Source: Podarcis tiliguerta | Taxonomy: Eukaryota | Assembly (NCBI GenBank): GCA_965153285.1 | Contig: OZ229110.1 | Direction: 5' to 3' (one strand) | DNA: 64,000 nucleotides | Part shown: one piece after another, positions 40,272 through 53,188 of the stretch | How the letters are laid out: each line of letters opens with the position of its first letter | Numbering within the stretch: position 1 is the first letter of the stretch | The notes under the pieces: model-generated | Told to the model about the DNA's origin: nothing | The model's input: only the letters and a program-made list of their open reading frames with translations | Databases searched by the model: none | Made by a program: the position numbers and the translations under genes

Positions 40272-40615
40272 CCAGGCTGAAATGAGCACAGAAAGTGGGC
40301 ATTATAATTGTTTTACATTTTTATGACTTCCAAGAATCAAACAAAGACATGTCTCAAGTTGCCAGGTTGTGAAACAGCATGTACTACTACCAGTACTACT
40401 ATTACTGCAAGTGCTTTAGAAGCTTATTATCAAGCCTTTTATTTTAACATTAGTTGTTACCACGAACACATGTAAGCTGCAGGTTCATATGCATGTGTGT
40501 ACGGGCACACAAGGAAATCAGGTGACACTGTGAAGCATATCACTATGAGATACCATTCATGCTTTATATTTTTCCCCTCCTTTGGGTGTCTGAACTGACT
40601 TTCACTCCCATATTA

Positions 40616-40975
40616 AAAAAGTAAAGGTACCCCTGCCCGTACGGGCCAGTCGTGTCCGACTCTAGGGTTGTGCGCCCATCTCAAGAGGCCGGGGGCCAGC
40701 GCTGTCCGGAGACACTTCCGGGTCACGTGGCCAGCGTGACGAAGCTGCATCTGGCGAGCCAGCACCAGCGCACACACGGAAACGCCATTTATCTTCCCGC
40801 TATAAAGCGGTACCTATTTATCTACTTGCACTTAGGGGTGCTTTCGAACTGCTAGGTGGGCAGGAGCTGGGAGCGAAAGACGGGAGCTCACCCCGCCGCG
40901 GGGATTTGAACCGCCGACCATGCGATCGGCAAGCCCTAGGCACTGAGGTTTTACTCACAGCGCCACCCGCGTCCC
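40616..40975 (-). mobile_element. Sauria SINE, full length
   Basis: 15-bp TSD ttcactcccatatta at 40601-40615 and 40976-40990; ends cgccacccgcgtccc. Confidence 0.93.
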
Positions 40976-41354
40976 TTCACTCCCATATTAGTGATAGATA
41001 ATTAAGAGTTGGAGAGCATGAATTGCCTGAGGCCACACCAAGAGTCCATGGCAAAGATGAGAGTCTCTGATCTGACATCAGGTCTCTAGAACTTTTCCCA
41101 CTGATACACATAGTTTCTGTGTCTCTAGCATCAAAGGACTATTCATTATTGTAACTTCTCATGGGGTGGGGTATGTATGAGTCTCATAGGTAGCTTTCTG
41201 GTAAGAAGAGCTGTACTGAAAAAGCTATCCACAGAACTGACTTCCCTTTTTCTACATCAATAAGTTGGTAGTACTTTAATGCTAGAAGGCTGACATATCC
41301 GCTTAGTGGTCTTATTTACAGTTAAATGGTATGAAATTTTAGTTAATGAAATAA

Positions 41355-41364
41355 ATAGATAGAT

Positions 41365-41398
<34 letters not shown>
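41355..41398. repeat. (GATA)n microsatellite
   Basis: Direct reading. Confidence 0.95.
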
Positions 41399-41859
41399 AG
41401 AGATGGGAGGGAGAAAGACATCTAAGGGAGCAATTTCTTTTGCTCCAAGAAATTATATTTGCTCCAAGAAATGGTACCATTTCTTTACCAAGAAATGGTA
41501 AAGTTTACAGCTTATGTCCTACTTTAAATTGGAATGATGTTCTGTGAGGAAAGTAAAATGTCATTTGCAGAAGCTTTGGGTGGTGTTCAACTGTGTTTTA
41601 CTCAGAGTAGACCCATTGAAAATTTTATGGATCCAAGTAAAACATGGTTGACTACCACCTATTGATTTTTACTGTTTAAGGAAATACTGTGAATGGAATC
41701 AATCTGTGTACCAGTTTCAGCAGTGACATGTTAAGGTAGCGCTATGAGTGCCCCAGGCTGCTATGCTCTTCCGCAGCAGATATTACGCATCGGGGACATA
41801 GTGAGAGTGTTGCTTCCCAAACGTTTCTGGCTTCTTCTGGTTTGCTGACTTTGTCCACT

Positions 41860-42400
41860 CCTGAACAGGGATAGTCAGATGTCAGTTATTCATGCTCTAG
41901 CGACTACATGATTGGTCTACTGCAATGCACTCTGTGTAGAAGTATCTGTGAAAATGATCCAGAAGCTGAAGCTGGAACAGAACACAGCTGCAATGTTATT
42001 AAGTGGGGCAGAAAAATGGGATTATATAGCTGCTCTGGTGACCTGTTAATCACCAGAACCAACTCATTGTGTTGACACTAGTATATAAAACCTTAAATGG
42101 CTTAGGACCCAAGGACTAAAAGGTACACCTCTCCCAATATCTGCCAACCTGAGCTGTGATTCTTCAGGGAAGTCCTTTCTTTGAGTCCCATCTATAGGCA
42201 TAGCATGTTGTACAGGAATATGGGTAAAAGCATTCTGTGTTGTGGTCTTCTGGCTGTGGTACTCTCTCCTGATGGAGATGCAGTTGGCACCCTCATTAGC
42301 AGTCTTCTGATATCAACTAAAGACATAGACATACCTTTTGGTTGGACTGTTAAGAGTTAGCATCCCAATAGTTTGCTCCTCTTTTGAACTGATTATGATT
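41860..42400 (+). mobile_element. Old L2 LINE 3' remnant
   Basis: tactgcaatgcactct (YCNAL-like), cagaacacagctgca (QNxAA-like), cattctgtgttgtggt...ctgtggtactctctcc (FSV..LW-x-SL-like); heavily decayed. Confidence 0.6.
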
Positions 42401-44131
42401 GTAATGTGTTTTTATGTGATTTTTTTAAAAAATCACATAATGTTTTATATTTTTATTTGACTGTTTCAACTCAGGGAGAAAAAAATACTGCTGGTTACTC
42501 AGTAGCAACATCTTTTCAAATATGGACAAGTCTTGTATAAGTTTCCCCCTCATAAGGGATTCTTTGCTTCTGATGAGCAATACCAATTTCAGTTTGAATT
42601 CCAACAGAAATATCTCAAAATAGTATTTACACTTTTTAAAAGTCTGTACCAGGAGTCTAAATTATAGCATGCTTTAATCATCTTAGAGCTGAGAAGAATA
42701 AAAGTGTTAAACAATATTAGAAATATCTAAGCTGAAGGAAATTTGCTTTCTGTTAACACATGTCAGTGAAAACCAAAAGACGCTTTCATTGTCTGATGAT
42801 CACTCAGGTGAATTTCGATCAAACAAATTATCTCTGAGAACAATCCCATAAACAGTTCTCTAAATAGTTATTTTTATGAATTACAACCAATACAGTGATA
42901 GTGTTTTCAAGACCTTGAAAAATTTAAGATCCCAGGATGTAAGGCATTTCTTCCACCGTGTTTGCTTTACTAATGCTTGAACTAGCAGATGAATGTACTG
43001 TGTTATCTGCCATTATTCAGTAAGTTCAGTATCTTTGAAAAAACAGGCTATAAAATTTTACTGCAGGACAGCACAGGTCATTATGAATATGGGTTTTCCA
43101 AGGTTTATAGAGTTCTTGCTCAGATAATATTTGTCATTGGTAGGCAGCACTTCTAATGTGTACTGTGCATATTCAAAACAGAAAAAGGTGTACATATTTG
43201 AAACAGGAAAACATACACAGAGCAAATGGAAGAGATAATGCATGACTTGTACTAGTGCAAAGATTAAGGAAGCACATGAACTACATCAAGGGTTTAGTCC
43301 TAATGATACCTAACTTGGAAATAAATTCCATTAAAATGAGTAGTGTTTATTTATTTAGAAATACTTAATATCCTGGTGTGGGATTTGCCTAAGCAGCCCC
43401 ATTAGTGGAAGCCCTTCACAAGGACTTCCACTTGCACAATGGAGTCCCCCCCTTCCCCCCCATCCCGTGTGCCCCATGACCGTCGCAATTGGCTGGGGGG
43501 GGAGGCATCACAACAACTCACCCCTTCTTATTCTGCAGTTATCTCGGGTGCCACATTCCATCCTAAAATTATGAGGGCTTTGTGGGGGTGGGTGGGAGGG
43601 AAGTAGGCTGTATGCGAAATCCTTCTAACCTCTGGATCCAGCAAGTGTTAAAATATAACCCAGGCTAGCTTCCTGTATTGAGGTCCTAGCCTGTTTGATG
43701 GACAATTAAGGGAAACAAGGGAAAGGAGCTCTATGTGAGATAGCAAATCGGTGAGGCCACTCCCTCAACTCATAATTAGAAGGGCAAAGCCTGAGTTTAG
43801 AGTGGAGTTGGTGTGATGTGACCTGGAAGTAAAGTTGTCAGCTGGAGAGAGAGTCAGAGCAATGTTTGAGAACTGTTTGAATCCAAGGCTGCGACTATGG
43901 GAGAAGCAAGACCCTCTAATGCTGCAAACCCCTCCATTGTAGACTCTGGTTTTATATATGTGTAAATGAACCATGTATCATAAAGACAGTACAGTCTCCA
44001 CTGTACCTCATTCCAAAGGAAACACAAACCCCGGGTAAGCACATGGAACCCATGAAAGATTAGGGCAGGGTGCCACACTATTTTAGAGGGATCTTCATCC
44101 CTAAACATTCAGGGTGTTTGCATGCCGAGGG

Positions 44132-44318
44132 CATAGCTGTCAACCTTCCCTTTTTTGCGTGAAATTCCCTTATTCCAGTGCCGTTTCCCGCTGATTCCCG
44201 CTGCTATCCCGGATTGGTAGATATCCCGTAGACTGTCCCCGGGACAGGTGAGGCTTCTGAACCCTTATTTTTGAGGCTGCTGATGCCTTATTTTCAAATC
44301 TGAAAGTTGACAGCTATG
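44132..44318. mobile_element. hAT MITE related to 26742-27923, opposite orientation
   Basis: TIR catagctgtcaac / gttgacagctatg; perfect 8-bp TSD gccgaggg (44124-31, 44319-26). Confidence 0.9.
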
Positions 44319-45915
44319 GCCGAGGGTTACAAAGGAACAGGGGAGACAGGAAAGCCCTTTTCAATGAACTGAACTCAATTCCATGAGTTAAAAGTTTGTT
44401 AGGATCCAGGTCACTATGTTGAGGATGAGAAATTAGTGCTCAAAGTTAAGTATAAGTAAACGTTCCTTTGTTTCGGGTAGCTAATTTCATCAATTTGTTA
44501 TAGGGAAAGGCATGAGGTGGCATGGTAAACAGGAGACGAAAGTGCAGTTATACTGATTACATGTACCTTGGCATACTTAACAACAAGTTGCAAGGCTGGT
44601 CCTAAACATTTTGCTACCAATAAAAGGACAAGAGGGGACCTTCTTCCCCATTCTGTGTACAGAAGCCAATTGGACTGACAGTGGATTTTATTTAAGTATA
44701 CCTGAAGGCAGCCAGCTATTTATGGCTATTTATGGGGGTGTTATGACTGAAGGGCACAGCCAGAAGGCTCAATGGAACAACCTGGGGGGGGGGTGGCTGC
44801 CTTTACTGCCCCCCCACCTCCAGATTAGTTGCCTGAGGCACTTGCTTCACTCTACCTAATGATAAGTCTGACCTTGGTTTCCTGGGACTTGGGTGTTGTT
44901 CCAATGGCTTCCCAGAGACTTGAGTTTTGAAGAGAGATTTGTAGGGAGTAATTTACTATCACCTAGCAATGTTATTCTTCAAAACATAGTTCATATCTAC
45001 TTTCATTTAACCAATGACACAAATTGCATTTGTGGGTCTTGTGTGCATCTGACTGAAAATAAGAAACATCTGTGAATCCTGTTTCACTTGCTCATTAACA
45101 TTTTAGAAGCAATGGAAGAGGTCAGTAGTTCTTCAGAATGGCTTTTCCTTAAATATGACCACTGTTTTCTTTATGACTTCTTGATATGCCAGGTCTTAGT
45201 CTCGGAAACAAATATGGCAACAGTCAAACTCTATTCTGCTACATAACTTATTAGAAGGCTATCAGTACTTCTGTACAAGGAAACATAAATTATATGATAT
45301 AAAGATAGTATGTAGTCATATCAACAGGTACTGCTATAAACGAAATGGCATGGCAGAGACTCAAAACTTTTTTCCCTTTTGTAAAATTTTAAATATGCAT
45401 ATATATATACACACTTATATGACCATTCAAAGCTAAAGCTGTATTGTTGCTTTTAAGTTCAGGCCTTCATTTTTTTGACATGATACTGATGTAGAAAAAG
45501 TTGGCTGTACTTGGCTTGTGAAGGGCTTGATCCAAACCCCATTAAATACAATAGAAATAGGACCTCTGACTTCACAAAGCGATGACTGAGGCTTGTTTGT
45601 CTTTGCTATGCCAGGTTTCCCCCTTCTCTTTTACTTAAAAACATCATATTTAATAATGTTTGGTGCTGCCTTTTATTTTATTTCATGCATTTAAAAAGTG
45701 GGCTAAAAGATAAAAGATTGTTTCCAAATACATTCAGTATATCATTTATGAGTAGAGCAACACATTAGCATTGAGTTCACAATAGATCATATCGCTTTTA
45801 TGCCATCTTACAAGCTTAGCAGCACAAACAGAATAATCAACATATTATTTGGCTGTCATCTGCTGAACAGAAACCAGAGATCACAAGGTGGTTTTCCCTA
45901 GCTGCAGTGATGGCC

Positions 45916-46151
45916 NNNNNNNNNNNNNNNNNNNNNNNNNNNNNNNNNNNNNNNNNNNNNNNNNNNNNNNNNNNNNNNNNNNNNNNNNNNNNNNNNNNNN
46001 NNNNNNNNNNNNNNNNNNNNNNNNNNNNNNNNNNNNNNNNNNNNNNNNNNNNNNNNNNNNNNNNNNNNNNNNNNNNNNNNNNNNNNNNNNNNNNNNNNNN
46101 NNNNNNNNNNNNNNNNNNNNNNNNNNNNNNNNNNNNNNNNNNNNNNNNNNN
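45916..46151. other. N run (236 nt), assembly gap or masked sequence
   Basis: Direct reading. Confidence 0.99.
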
Positions 46152-47211
46152 TATTCATGGATTTAGATGTCTGGGGATTAACTTAGACTGAATATCATTG
46201 CACTCATCTATTCATGTTTAGAAACTGTGTATTTGTATTGCTTATCCAAAAATAGAGGAAAATTTAGCCATGTGATTAAATATTGATTTCTTTTATTTGT
46301 CACATAAATGCAAACAGCCTCAAATGAGTATTAATGGAGTGTTAATTATCTAATGTGGTTCCATACACTATTATTCTGGTCATATGCATCCCAGTTTTTG
46401 TCTAAGTAGCTAGGTCCATAGCAATGGGGCTTTCTTCCAAAAGGGTATACATAGACATGGGTGTTAGATATTTGAAGATGGTTGGAATAATATGTGTTGA
46501 GAATTTATGTAGAAAAATTATGTAGTGTCATAAGATGTATACAAAATATAATAGTTTGGGCAAATTCTCTGCCTATTATTTACAACTTTCAATAATTTCT
46601 ACCCATCCTTCATGCGGGCAGTACTTATAATATCAGTTTCCTATTGACTTAAATGGCAATAAATTCTACACATCTAACAAGCATACATGTGCAGAGATGA
46701 TCCTGACATTTAAGCCATTGGGGAAGCCCTCATCTTCATGCAGAAACTATATGTGTGAATTGGATCTCCTAGGCGCAAAGCACACCCTGGAATGGGTTGG
46801 ATATCCCTGATGGGTTCACTTTCATTTTGAAGTTTTTTTGAAAATCAGGGCTGAGGGAGGGGAGTGAGTTTTAGGCTAGGAGTGGATACTGGATATTGAA
46901 GTTGTAAAAAGACCTTTTCAGCAGAGATCTTTGGGGCAGCTGCCTACGAGCAGCCATCCTCCCTCCCTGCAGAATGTCCCAGAACAATGCTATGTCTTGA
47001 TGCACTGTGATTCCAGTGGACATTGTGGGGGCAGTCCCTGATGGAAGTGGTTGTTCCCCTGCCATAACCCTTCTAATGAGGTTACATCATCATGTAGCTT
47101 TTTTCCACATTTGAAGGGTGGCAGATGGAAAGTGGCTGCCACAGTGAGCTTTTGCAGCAGTAAAAACGGGAGAGGAAAGGACTTATTAGAACTTAAGTAC
47201 CCTCCAACTAA

Positions 47212-47568
47212 GGGACGCGGGTGGTGCTGTGGGTAAAAGACTCAGTGCCTAGGACTTGCCGATCGAAAGGTCGGCGGTTCGAATCCCCGCGGCGGGGTGC
47301 GCTCCCGTTGCTCGGTCCCAGCGCCTGCCAACCTAGCAGTTTGAAAGCACCCCCGGGTGCAAGTAGATAAATAGGGACCGCTTACCAGCGGGAAAGTAAA
47401 TGGCATTTCCGTGTGCTGCACTGGCTCGCCAGATGCAGCTTTGTCACGCTGGCCACGTGACCCGGAAGTGTCTCCGGACAGCGCTGGCCCCCGGCCTCTT
47501 GAGTGAGGTGGGCGCACAACCTTAGAGTCGGACACGACTGGCCCGTACGGGCAGGGGTACCTTTACCT
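47212..47568 (+). mobile_element. Sauria SINE, full length
   Basis: Starts gggacgcgggtgg, B-box ggttcgaatcc, tail gtacctttacct. 12-bp TSD taccctccaact at 47198-47209 and 47569-47580. Confidence 0.93.
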
Positions 47569-49044
47569 TACCCTCCAACTGGTAACTCCCACCACTCAAA
47601 AACCTTAGGGACCCCCTCCTCAGATTCCAAAAGCCCTTATGAACCTAGCCTCTTACTTTCAAGGCAAAAGCTGATGACCAAAAACTTTCAGCTCAACACC
47701 AAAAGAAAACACGTATCTGTGTTGACTGCCCCTACGAAAATGACCCTTGCATGCAAAATGACACCATGTCTAGCACCTGTGCTCCGTGCGCTCAGACAGC
47801 TTTAGGACTACTAATTTCCAGAGAAGCGGTAAATAATTCTCACTTACATATTGATAGCCATTAGTTACAGATGTATGTCATGATACCAGCAATACAGAAG
47901 CAGTTTCATGAATAAAGATTTTGGAAAGCGGATTGAGGAAGAATTTTGAAACAAACACGTAGCAGGAAATCCCTTTCTTCAGCAAACTGGTGAATGATTC
48001 TGAAGGCTACTTACATTTCAGACCTCTTCTGTAGTTACATTTCAAGGAAGGCTTGACTGTCTGCTTCTTCCAGTACAATATGGACATATGGCAACTCAGA
48101 TGGTCCTTACACGTCTTCAAATTTTGCTGTGGTGTGGGATTGCACAACCTTGTTTAATTATTTGCAATCTTGCAATATGTATTTAGCCTGTTTATGGCTG
48201 ATATCTTACCATGCAGAACATGTATAAATGTATCTTTACATTTCAAGTATTAATCCTAAAATGTGAAACTGGTGACACAGATGATAAAAACATTTGGCCC
48301 CTTCCATTTTGTATGTGCATGGAGCTTGTTTTTCTAATAATGTGTTAAAATCAATAAAGTATTGACTTCTTTATTTTTCCAGAAAAAAAGATGGATTGAT
48401 ATATCTCAAAATTCTACAACTCACATAAACGTCAAGGTGCAATAAGCACATGTATATGTACTTTTCCTTGATTTCAGTTGGAATTTATTAAGAAGAAAGT
48501 ACCGTAGTTATAATCAGGTACCCTAAGTAAGACAGCACAGAAACAAAAATGTTCATAATCAGTAAGCTTATTGATTAATTTATGTGTCCACAGCAAACAT
48601 GATTAATTAACAGGGAGGATTTGAGTGTATATTAAATTTAAAAATATATTTGGCTTACTTAGTTGTGTATTTAATTGGTTTAACGATTATTTATGAACGG
48701 CAACAACATTTAAAAAATTCTTATCTTACACTATTTATTTCATGAATTTGAGAAAGCCTTTGGTTTCAGGAAGAGGATAATTCTATCCATGTTTCCTGCT
48801 TTTATTATGCACAATGTCAATTGTAATCCAAGATTACAGCAAACAAGATGTTAATTTCCACACACAGTCCATGTACATTTCACTTAGAGAGCTCCATTGT
48901 TTCAGAAGCCAACAGCAAAAAAGAAATAATGATTGTGCTATCCTCACAGGAGCTGTCAATAAAAGATGTAATAGGGGATTTAGGAATCTGGAAATGGCCA
49001 ACTAATTTATGTGAATCTATTTTACTTCATCTAGAAAGGCAAAG

Positions 49045-49272
49045 NNNNNNNNNNNNNNNNNNNNNNNNNNNNNNNNNNNNNNNNNNNNNNNNNNNNNNNN
49101 NNNNNNNNNNNNNNNNNNNNNNNNNNNNNNNNNNNNNNNNNNNNNNNNNNNNNNNNNNNNNNNNNNNNNNNNNNNNNNNNNNNNNNNNNNNNNNNNNNNN
49201 NNNNNNNNNNNNNNNNNNNNNNNNNNNNNNNNNNNNNNNNNNNNNNNNNNNNNNNNNNNNNNNNNNNNNNNN
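49045..49272. other. N run (228 nt), assembly gap or masked sequence
   Basis: Direct reading. Confidence 0.99.
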
Positions 49273-49466
49273 TAAAGGGTATTCCCCAGACACTAGCAGA
49301 GATAGACAGCAGAACCTGCTGCCTTTTTGGAAGACAAGACCAACATGAGGTCCCTGGTAGGATTAAACTTGATTTGTAGCTGTAGGATTTTTTAACAGAT
49401 GTATTATTGGACAGGGAATAGGGGCCACCAGCACAGCGAAATTGGATCACGATTGGCATTCTCGGG

Positions 49467-49614
49467 NNNNNNNNNNNNNNNNNNNNNNNNNNNNNNNNNN
49501 NNNNNNNNNNNNNNNNNNNNNNNNNNNNNNNNNNNNNNNNNNNNNNNNNNNNNNNNNNNNNNNNNNNNNNNNNNNNNNNNNNNNNNNNNNNNNNNNNNNN
49601 NNNNNNNNNNNNNN
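49467..49614. other. N run (148 nt), assembly gap or masked sequence
   Basis: Direct reading. Confidence 0.99.
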
Positions 49615-50580
49615 TATCGCTAACACCTTCGCTGCAGAAAAAGCCACCTGGCGCTATAACTGGCAGCAACTGTGAACTAATCCTTTCCCATCTCTTGGAT
49701 GTCATTCATGAAGCTCACAGCGATTTCTACCCTGCTAGCTGTGATTAATTTTATAAACACGGGGTGGGGGTGGAATCGGGTAATGAAAAATGCAAAGATT
49801 CTTGTATTTATATTTCAGATTTGACTTTGGACTGGATGAAAAGTATCAGGTAAAATGTGTATTTTATATCACAAATCTGAATAAGTGTCTTCCCACATCA
49901 GTTTATATTTCTTGAATGAAGCCTTGACAGTGAGTTATCGCATAGTACGTATCAGTGTCATGAATTAGCCATAAGCAATTAAGGCTGCACTCCATAAAGG
50001 CCCACACTTGAAAAGAAATCTGCACACACACAAATTACCATGCTGCATAGGCACGATCTGGAGAACCACACAAACTGGTTTTTTCAAGGGAGCACAGAGG
50101 TGATATACCATACCTTTTGAACTGTTTTACAGCCTAGCACAAGGTTACGCAGTTTTGTGAACTTCTCTCCACAGTGTACCACACTTCAGATTTTGGCTGA
50201 AGGAATGTTTATGCCCATGGTTGTAGGTATATGAAAGTTGGTGGTGTTCAAATAGTACTCTTGTTGCATACTTGCTGTATTTACCTGCAGACAAGTGTAC
50301 TGTGTGACAAATGGTTAAGCATCTTGAAGTATTACATTAATCTCTTTATAATTAAGGCAGTACTGTTTAGGAAATGTGTGAAGAATATTTTTTCAGGGAA
50401 ATGCCACTAATATACGCCTTCTAATGTAAATTTACAAGTACTGTAACTGAAGCACAGTTCTTCATTATGCTGGATAACCACTTTGTTCGAAGACCAGAAA
50501 CTCTGTATAGTCTCAGGAGCTTCAGTTAAAAGGTCTGTTAAAACAATATAAAGTTGTGCATCCCAGAAAAAAATAATTAT

Positions 50581-50585
<5 letters not shown>

Positions 50586-50616
<31 letters not shown>
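50586..50616. repeat. (TA)n, left flank of the PLE insertion
   Basis: Direct reading. Confidence 0.95.
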
Positions 50617-50618
<2 letters not shown>

Positions 50619-50693
50619 TTTCGTAGATTTTCACGGGTACAGGAATGCAGGTTTTGGTGTCCTCGGGTGTCTTCCCGTGTAAAAGTTGGGGTG

Positions 50694-50741
50694 TCTAGGC
50701 GACGTTTCGACGAGGTCTCACTCGTCATCTTCAGGCTGGTG
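50694..50741 (-). ncRNA. Mirror copy of the hammerhead ribozyme motif
   Basis: Exact reverse complement of 53165-53212 (gacgtttcgacgaggtctcactcgtcatcttcag at 50701-50734). Confidence 0.75.
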
Positions 50742-51769
50742 CTTTCGGCTTCTTGTTACTGGAACAGAGCAGGATCTCAGTGTTTGAGTTCCTATAAATA
50801 CTGTTGAGGAGGTGTGGTGTATAGCCTCCAATGTTCTGGGCAGAGAGGAGGTTCCCAGGCTAGTGTGCCTTTTCTTCTTTTGTTCCTTAATTACTTGAGG
50901 GATATCTTGAGTGATTTCTTGAGTGATTTCCTGAATCCCACTTAGGTGGGTCATTAGGTGTGGATTAGTTGCTAAAGCCTTCGTGTCTTGAACTCTTGAA
51001 CTTTGTGAAGAGTTTTTCTGAGAAGATGGCTGTACTGCACTTGGTTGTGCTCTGGCTTGGCTTCGTGTATAGGGGCGAGCTGTGGTTTTGTGGCCTGTGC
51101 CAGCCAGATCTGTGTAGGGATTGCAGGGGGGTGCAGCATCCGGAGGTGCCACCCTGGTTTGGCTACTGGATGGTGTCTGTAATTTATCTGTGGAGAGGGT
51201 CTGGGTTTGGGTCTGGTGTGGTTGATTGGTGATGGCGTTCTGTGTGCCTCTGGATCTGGTGTCAGATTTTGTGGGGAGGGCTAATTTCCAGATGTCTGGC
51301 AAGCGGGATGTGTCGTCACGCTTGTTCATGTTGTGAGGGTGTTTCTCTATCTCGATGGCTTCCATGATTATTCTCTTGTGGTGATGTTCCATGTTAAAGA
51401 GCAATTTGGAATCTGCAAAATTAATTTCGTGTCCTGTTTCTTTCATGTGTTGGAAAAGAGAGGAAGTTTTTTCTTCTTTTTTGACGGCATTCTTGTGTTC
51501 TGCGATCCGTGCATTTATTCGTCTGTTTGTTTGTCCAATGTACGTGGCTGGGCAGACTTTGCAGGGTATTTCATAGACCCCTTGGTTTTCCAACTGAATT
51601 TTATCCTTGGGGTTTCTGAGGATATTGGCTATTTTTTGGTTGGTGCAAAAGGCTGTTTTGATATTGTGTTTATGGAGGATTTTGCTAATTTTATCTGTAG
51701 TGCCCTTGATATAAGGAAGGAGGGCTATGCCATTGTTTTCTTCTGTGTCTTGGTTTTTGGGGGGTGTTT
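50718..51769 (-). CDS. Inverted, more heavily truncated copy of the same PLE ORF (linker, GIY-YIG, tail)
   Basis: The ORF-track peptide 50718..51593(-) is identical to the C-terminal part of the plus-strand ORF. Confidence 0.88.
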
Positions 51770-51781
51770 TGGGGGGTGTTT

Positions 51782-53188
51782 CCAGAAAAACTGGATAGCT
51801 TCCTCACACATCTCAACAGCCTACACCCCAAAATACAATTCACTATGGAAATAGAAGCCAACAACCAACTTCCCTTCCTTGACGTCCTAATCTACAAAAA
51901 ACCTGATGGCTCCCTAGGACACACTATCTACCGGAAAAAAACACACACCAACCGCTACTTACATGCACAATCACACCACCACCCTGCACAAATAAACTCC
52001 GTAGCCAAGACTCTCATCTCCAGAACCAAACGCCTGGCTGACGAAGACCACTTGACAACTGAGTTACAGAATCTCTCAAATGTGTTAATTGCCAATGGAT
52101 ACCAGCAAAACAGGGTTACGAAGCTAATCCAAAAAGAAACACCCCCCAAAAACCAAGACACAGAAGAAAACAATGGCATAGCCCTCCTTCCTTATATCAA
52201 GGGCACTACAGATAAAATTAGCAAAATCCTCCATAAACACAATATCAAAACAGCCTTTTGCACCAACCAAAAAATAGCCAATATCCTCAGAAACCCCAAG
52301 GATAAAATTCAGTTGGAAAACCAAGGGGTCTATGAAATACCCTGCAAAGTCTGCCCAGCCACGTACATTGGACAAACAAACAGACGAATAAATGCACGGA
52401 TCGCAGAACACAAGAATGCCGTCAAAAAAGAAGAAAAAACTTCCTCTCTTTTCCAACACATGAAAGAAACAGGACACGAAATTAATTTTGCAGATTCCAA
52501 ATTGCTCTTTAACATGGAACATCACCACAAGAGAATAATCATGGAAGCCATCGAGATAGAGAAACACCCTCACAACATGAACAAGCGTGACGACACATCC
52601 CGCTTGCCAGACATCTGGAAATTAGCCCTCCCCACAAAATCTGACACCAGATCCAGAGGCACACAGAACGCCATCACCAATCAACCACACCAGACCCAAA
52701 CCCAGACCCTCTCCACAGATAAATTACAGACACCATCCAGTAGCCAAACCAGGGTGGCACCTCCGGATGCTGCACCCCCCTGCAATCCCTACACAGATCT
52801 GGCTGGCACAGGCCACAAAACCACAGCTCGCCCCTATACACGAAGCCAAGCCAGAGCACAACCAAGTGCAGTACAGCCATCTTCTCAGAAAAACTCTTCA
52901 CAAAGTTCAAGAGTTCAAGACACGAAGGCTTTAGCAACTAATCCACACCTAATGACCCACCTAAGTGGGATTCAGGAAATCACTCAAGAAATCACTCAAG
53001 ATATCCCTCAAGTAATTAAGGAACAAAAGAAGAAAAGGCACACTAGCCTGGGAACCTCCTCTCTGCCCAGAACATTGGAGGCTATACACCACACCTCCTC
53101 AACAGTATTTATAGGAACTCAAACACTGAGATCCTGCTCTGTTCCAGTAACAAGAAGCCGAAAGCACCAGCCTGAAGATGACGAGTGA
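51782..53188 (+). CDS. 5'-truncated PLE ORF: end of RT and thumb, GIY-YIG endonuclease, low-complexity C-terminal tail
   Basis: Open frame with FLTHLNSLHPKIQFTMEIE..LPFLDVLI..YRKKTHTNRYL (PLE RT motifs downstream of YxDD), GVYEIPCKVCPATYIGQT (GIY-YIG with CxxC), R-I-x-EH and EAIEI. No YxDD and no genuine ATG start. Confidence 0.9.
   Translation, partial: PEKLDSFLTHLNSLHPKIQFTMEIEANNQLPFLDVLIYKKPDGSLGHTIYRKKTHTNRYLHAQSHHHPAQINSVAKTLISRTKRLADEDHLTTELQNLSNVLIANGYQQNRVTKLIQKETPPKNQDTEENNGIALLPYIKGTTDKISKILHKHNIKTAFCTNQKIANILRNPKDKIQLENQGVYEIPCKVCPATYIGQTNRRINARIAEHKNAVKKEEKTSSLFQHMKETGHEINFADSKLLFNMEHHHKRIIMEAIEIEKHPHNMNKRDDTSRLPDIWKLALPTKSDTRSRGTQNAITNQPHQTQTQTLSTDKLQTPSSSQTRVAPPDAAPPCNPYTDLAGTGHKTTARPYTRSQARAQPSAVQPSSQKNSSQSSRVQDTKALATNPHLMTHLSGIQEITQEITQDIPQVIKEQKKKRHTSLGTSSLPRTLEAIHHTSSTVFIGTQTLRSCSVPVTRSRKHQPEDDE

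Noticed and set aside
47212-47300. tRNA gene (B-box GGTTCGAATCC)
   Set aside because: It is the tRNA-derived head of a Sauria SINE, with body, tail and TSD.
45888-49705. ORFs containing long X runs
   Set aside because: Artefacts of translating through N gaps.
51764-51781. MFWGVF start of the 474-aa ORF as a real initiation site giving an autonomous element
   Set aside because: It derives from the inverted-arm junction duplication and is not an ATG. The RT catalytic YxDD core is missing, so the copy is non-autonomous.
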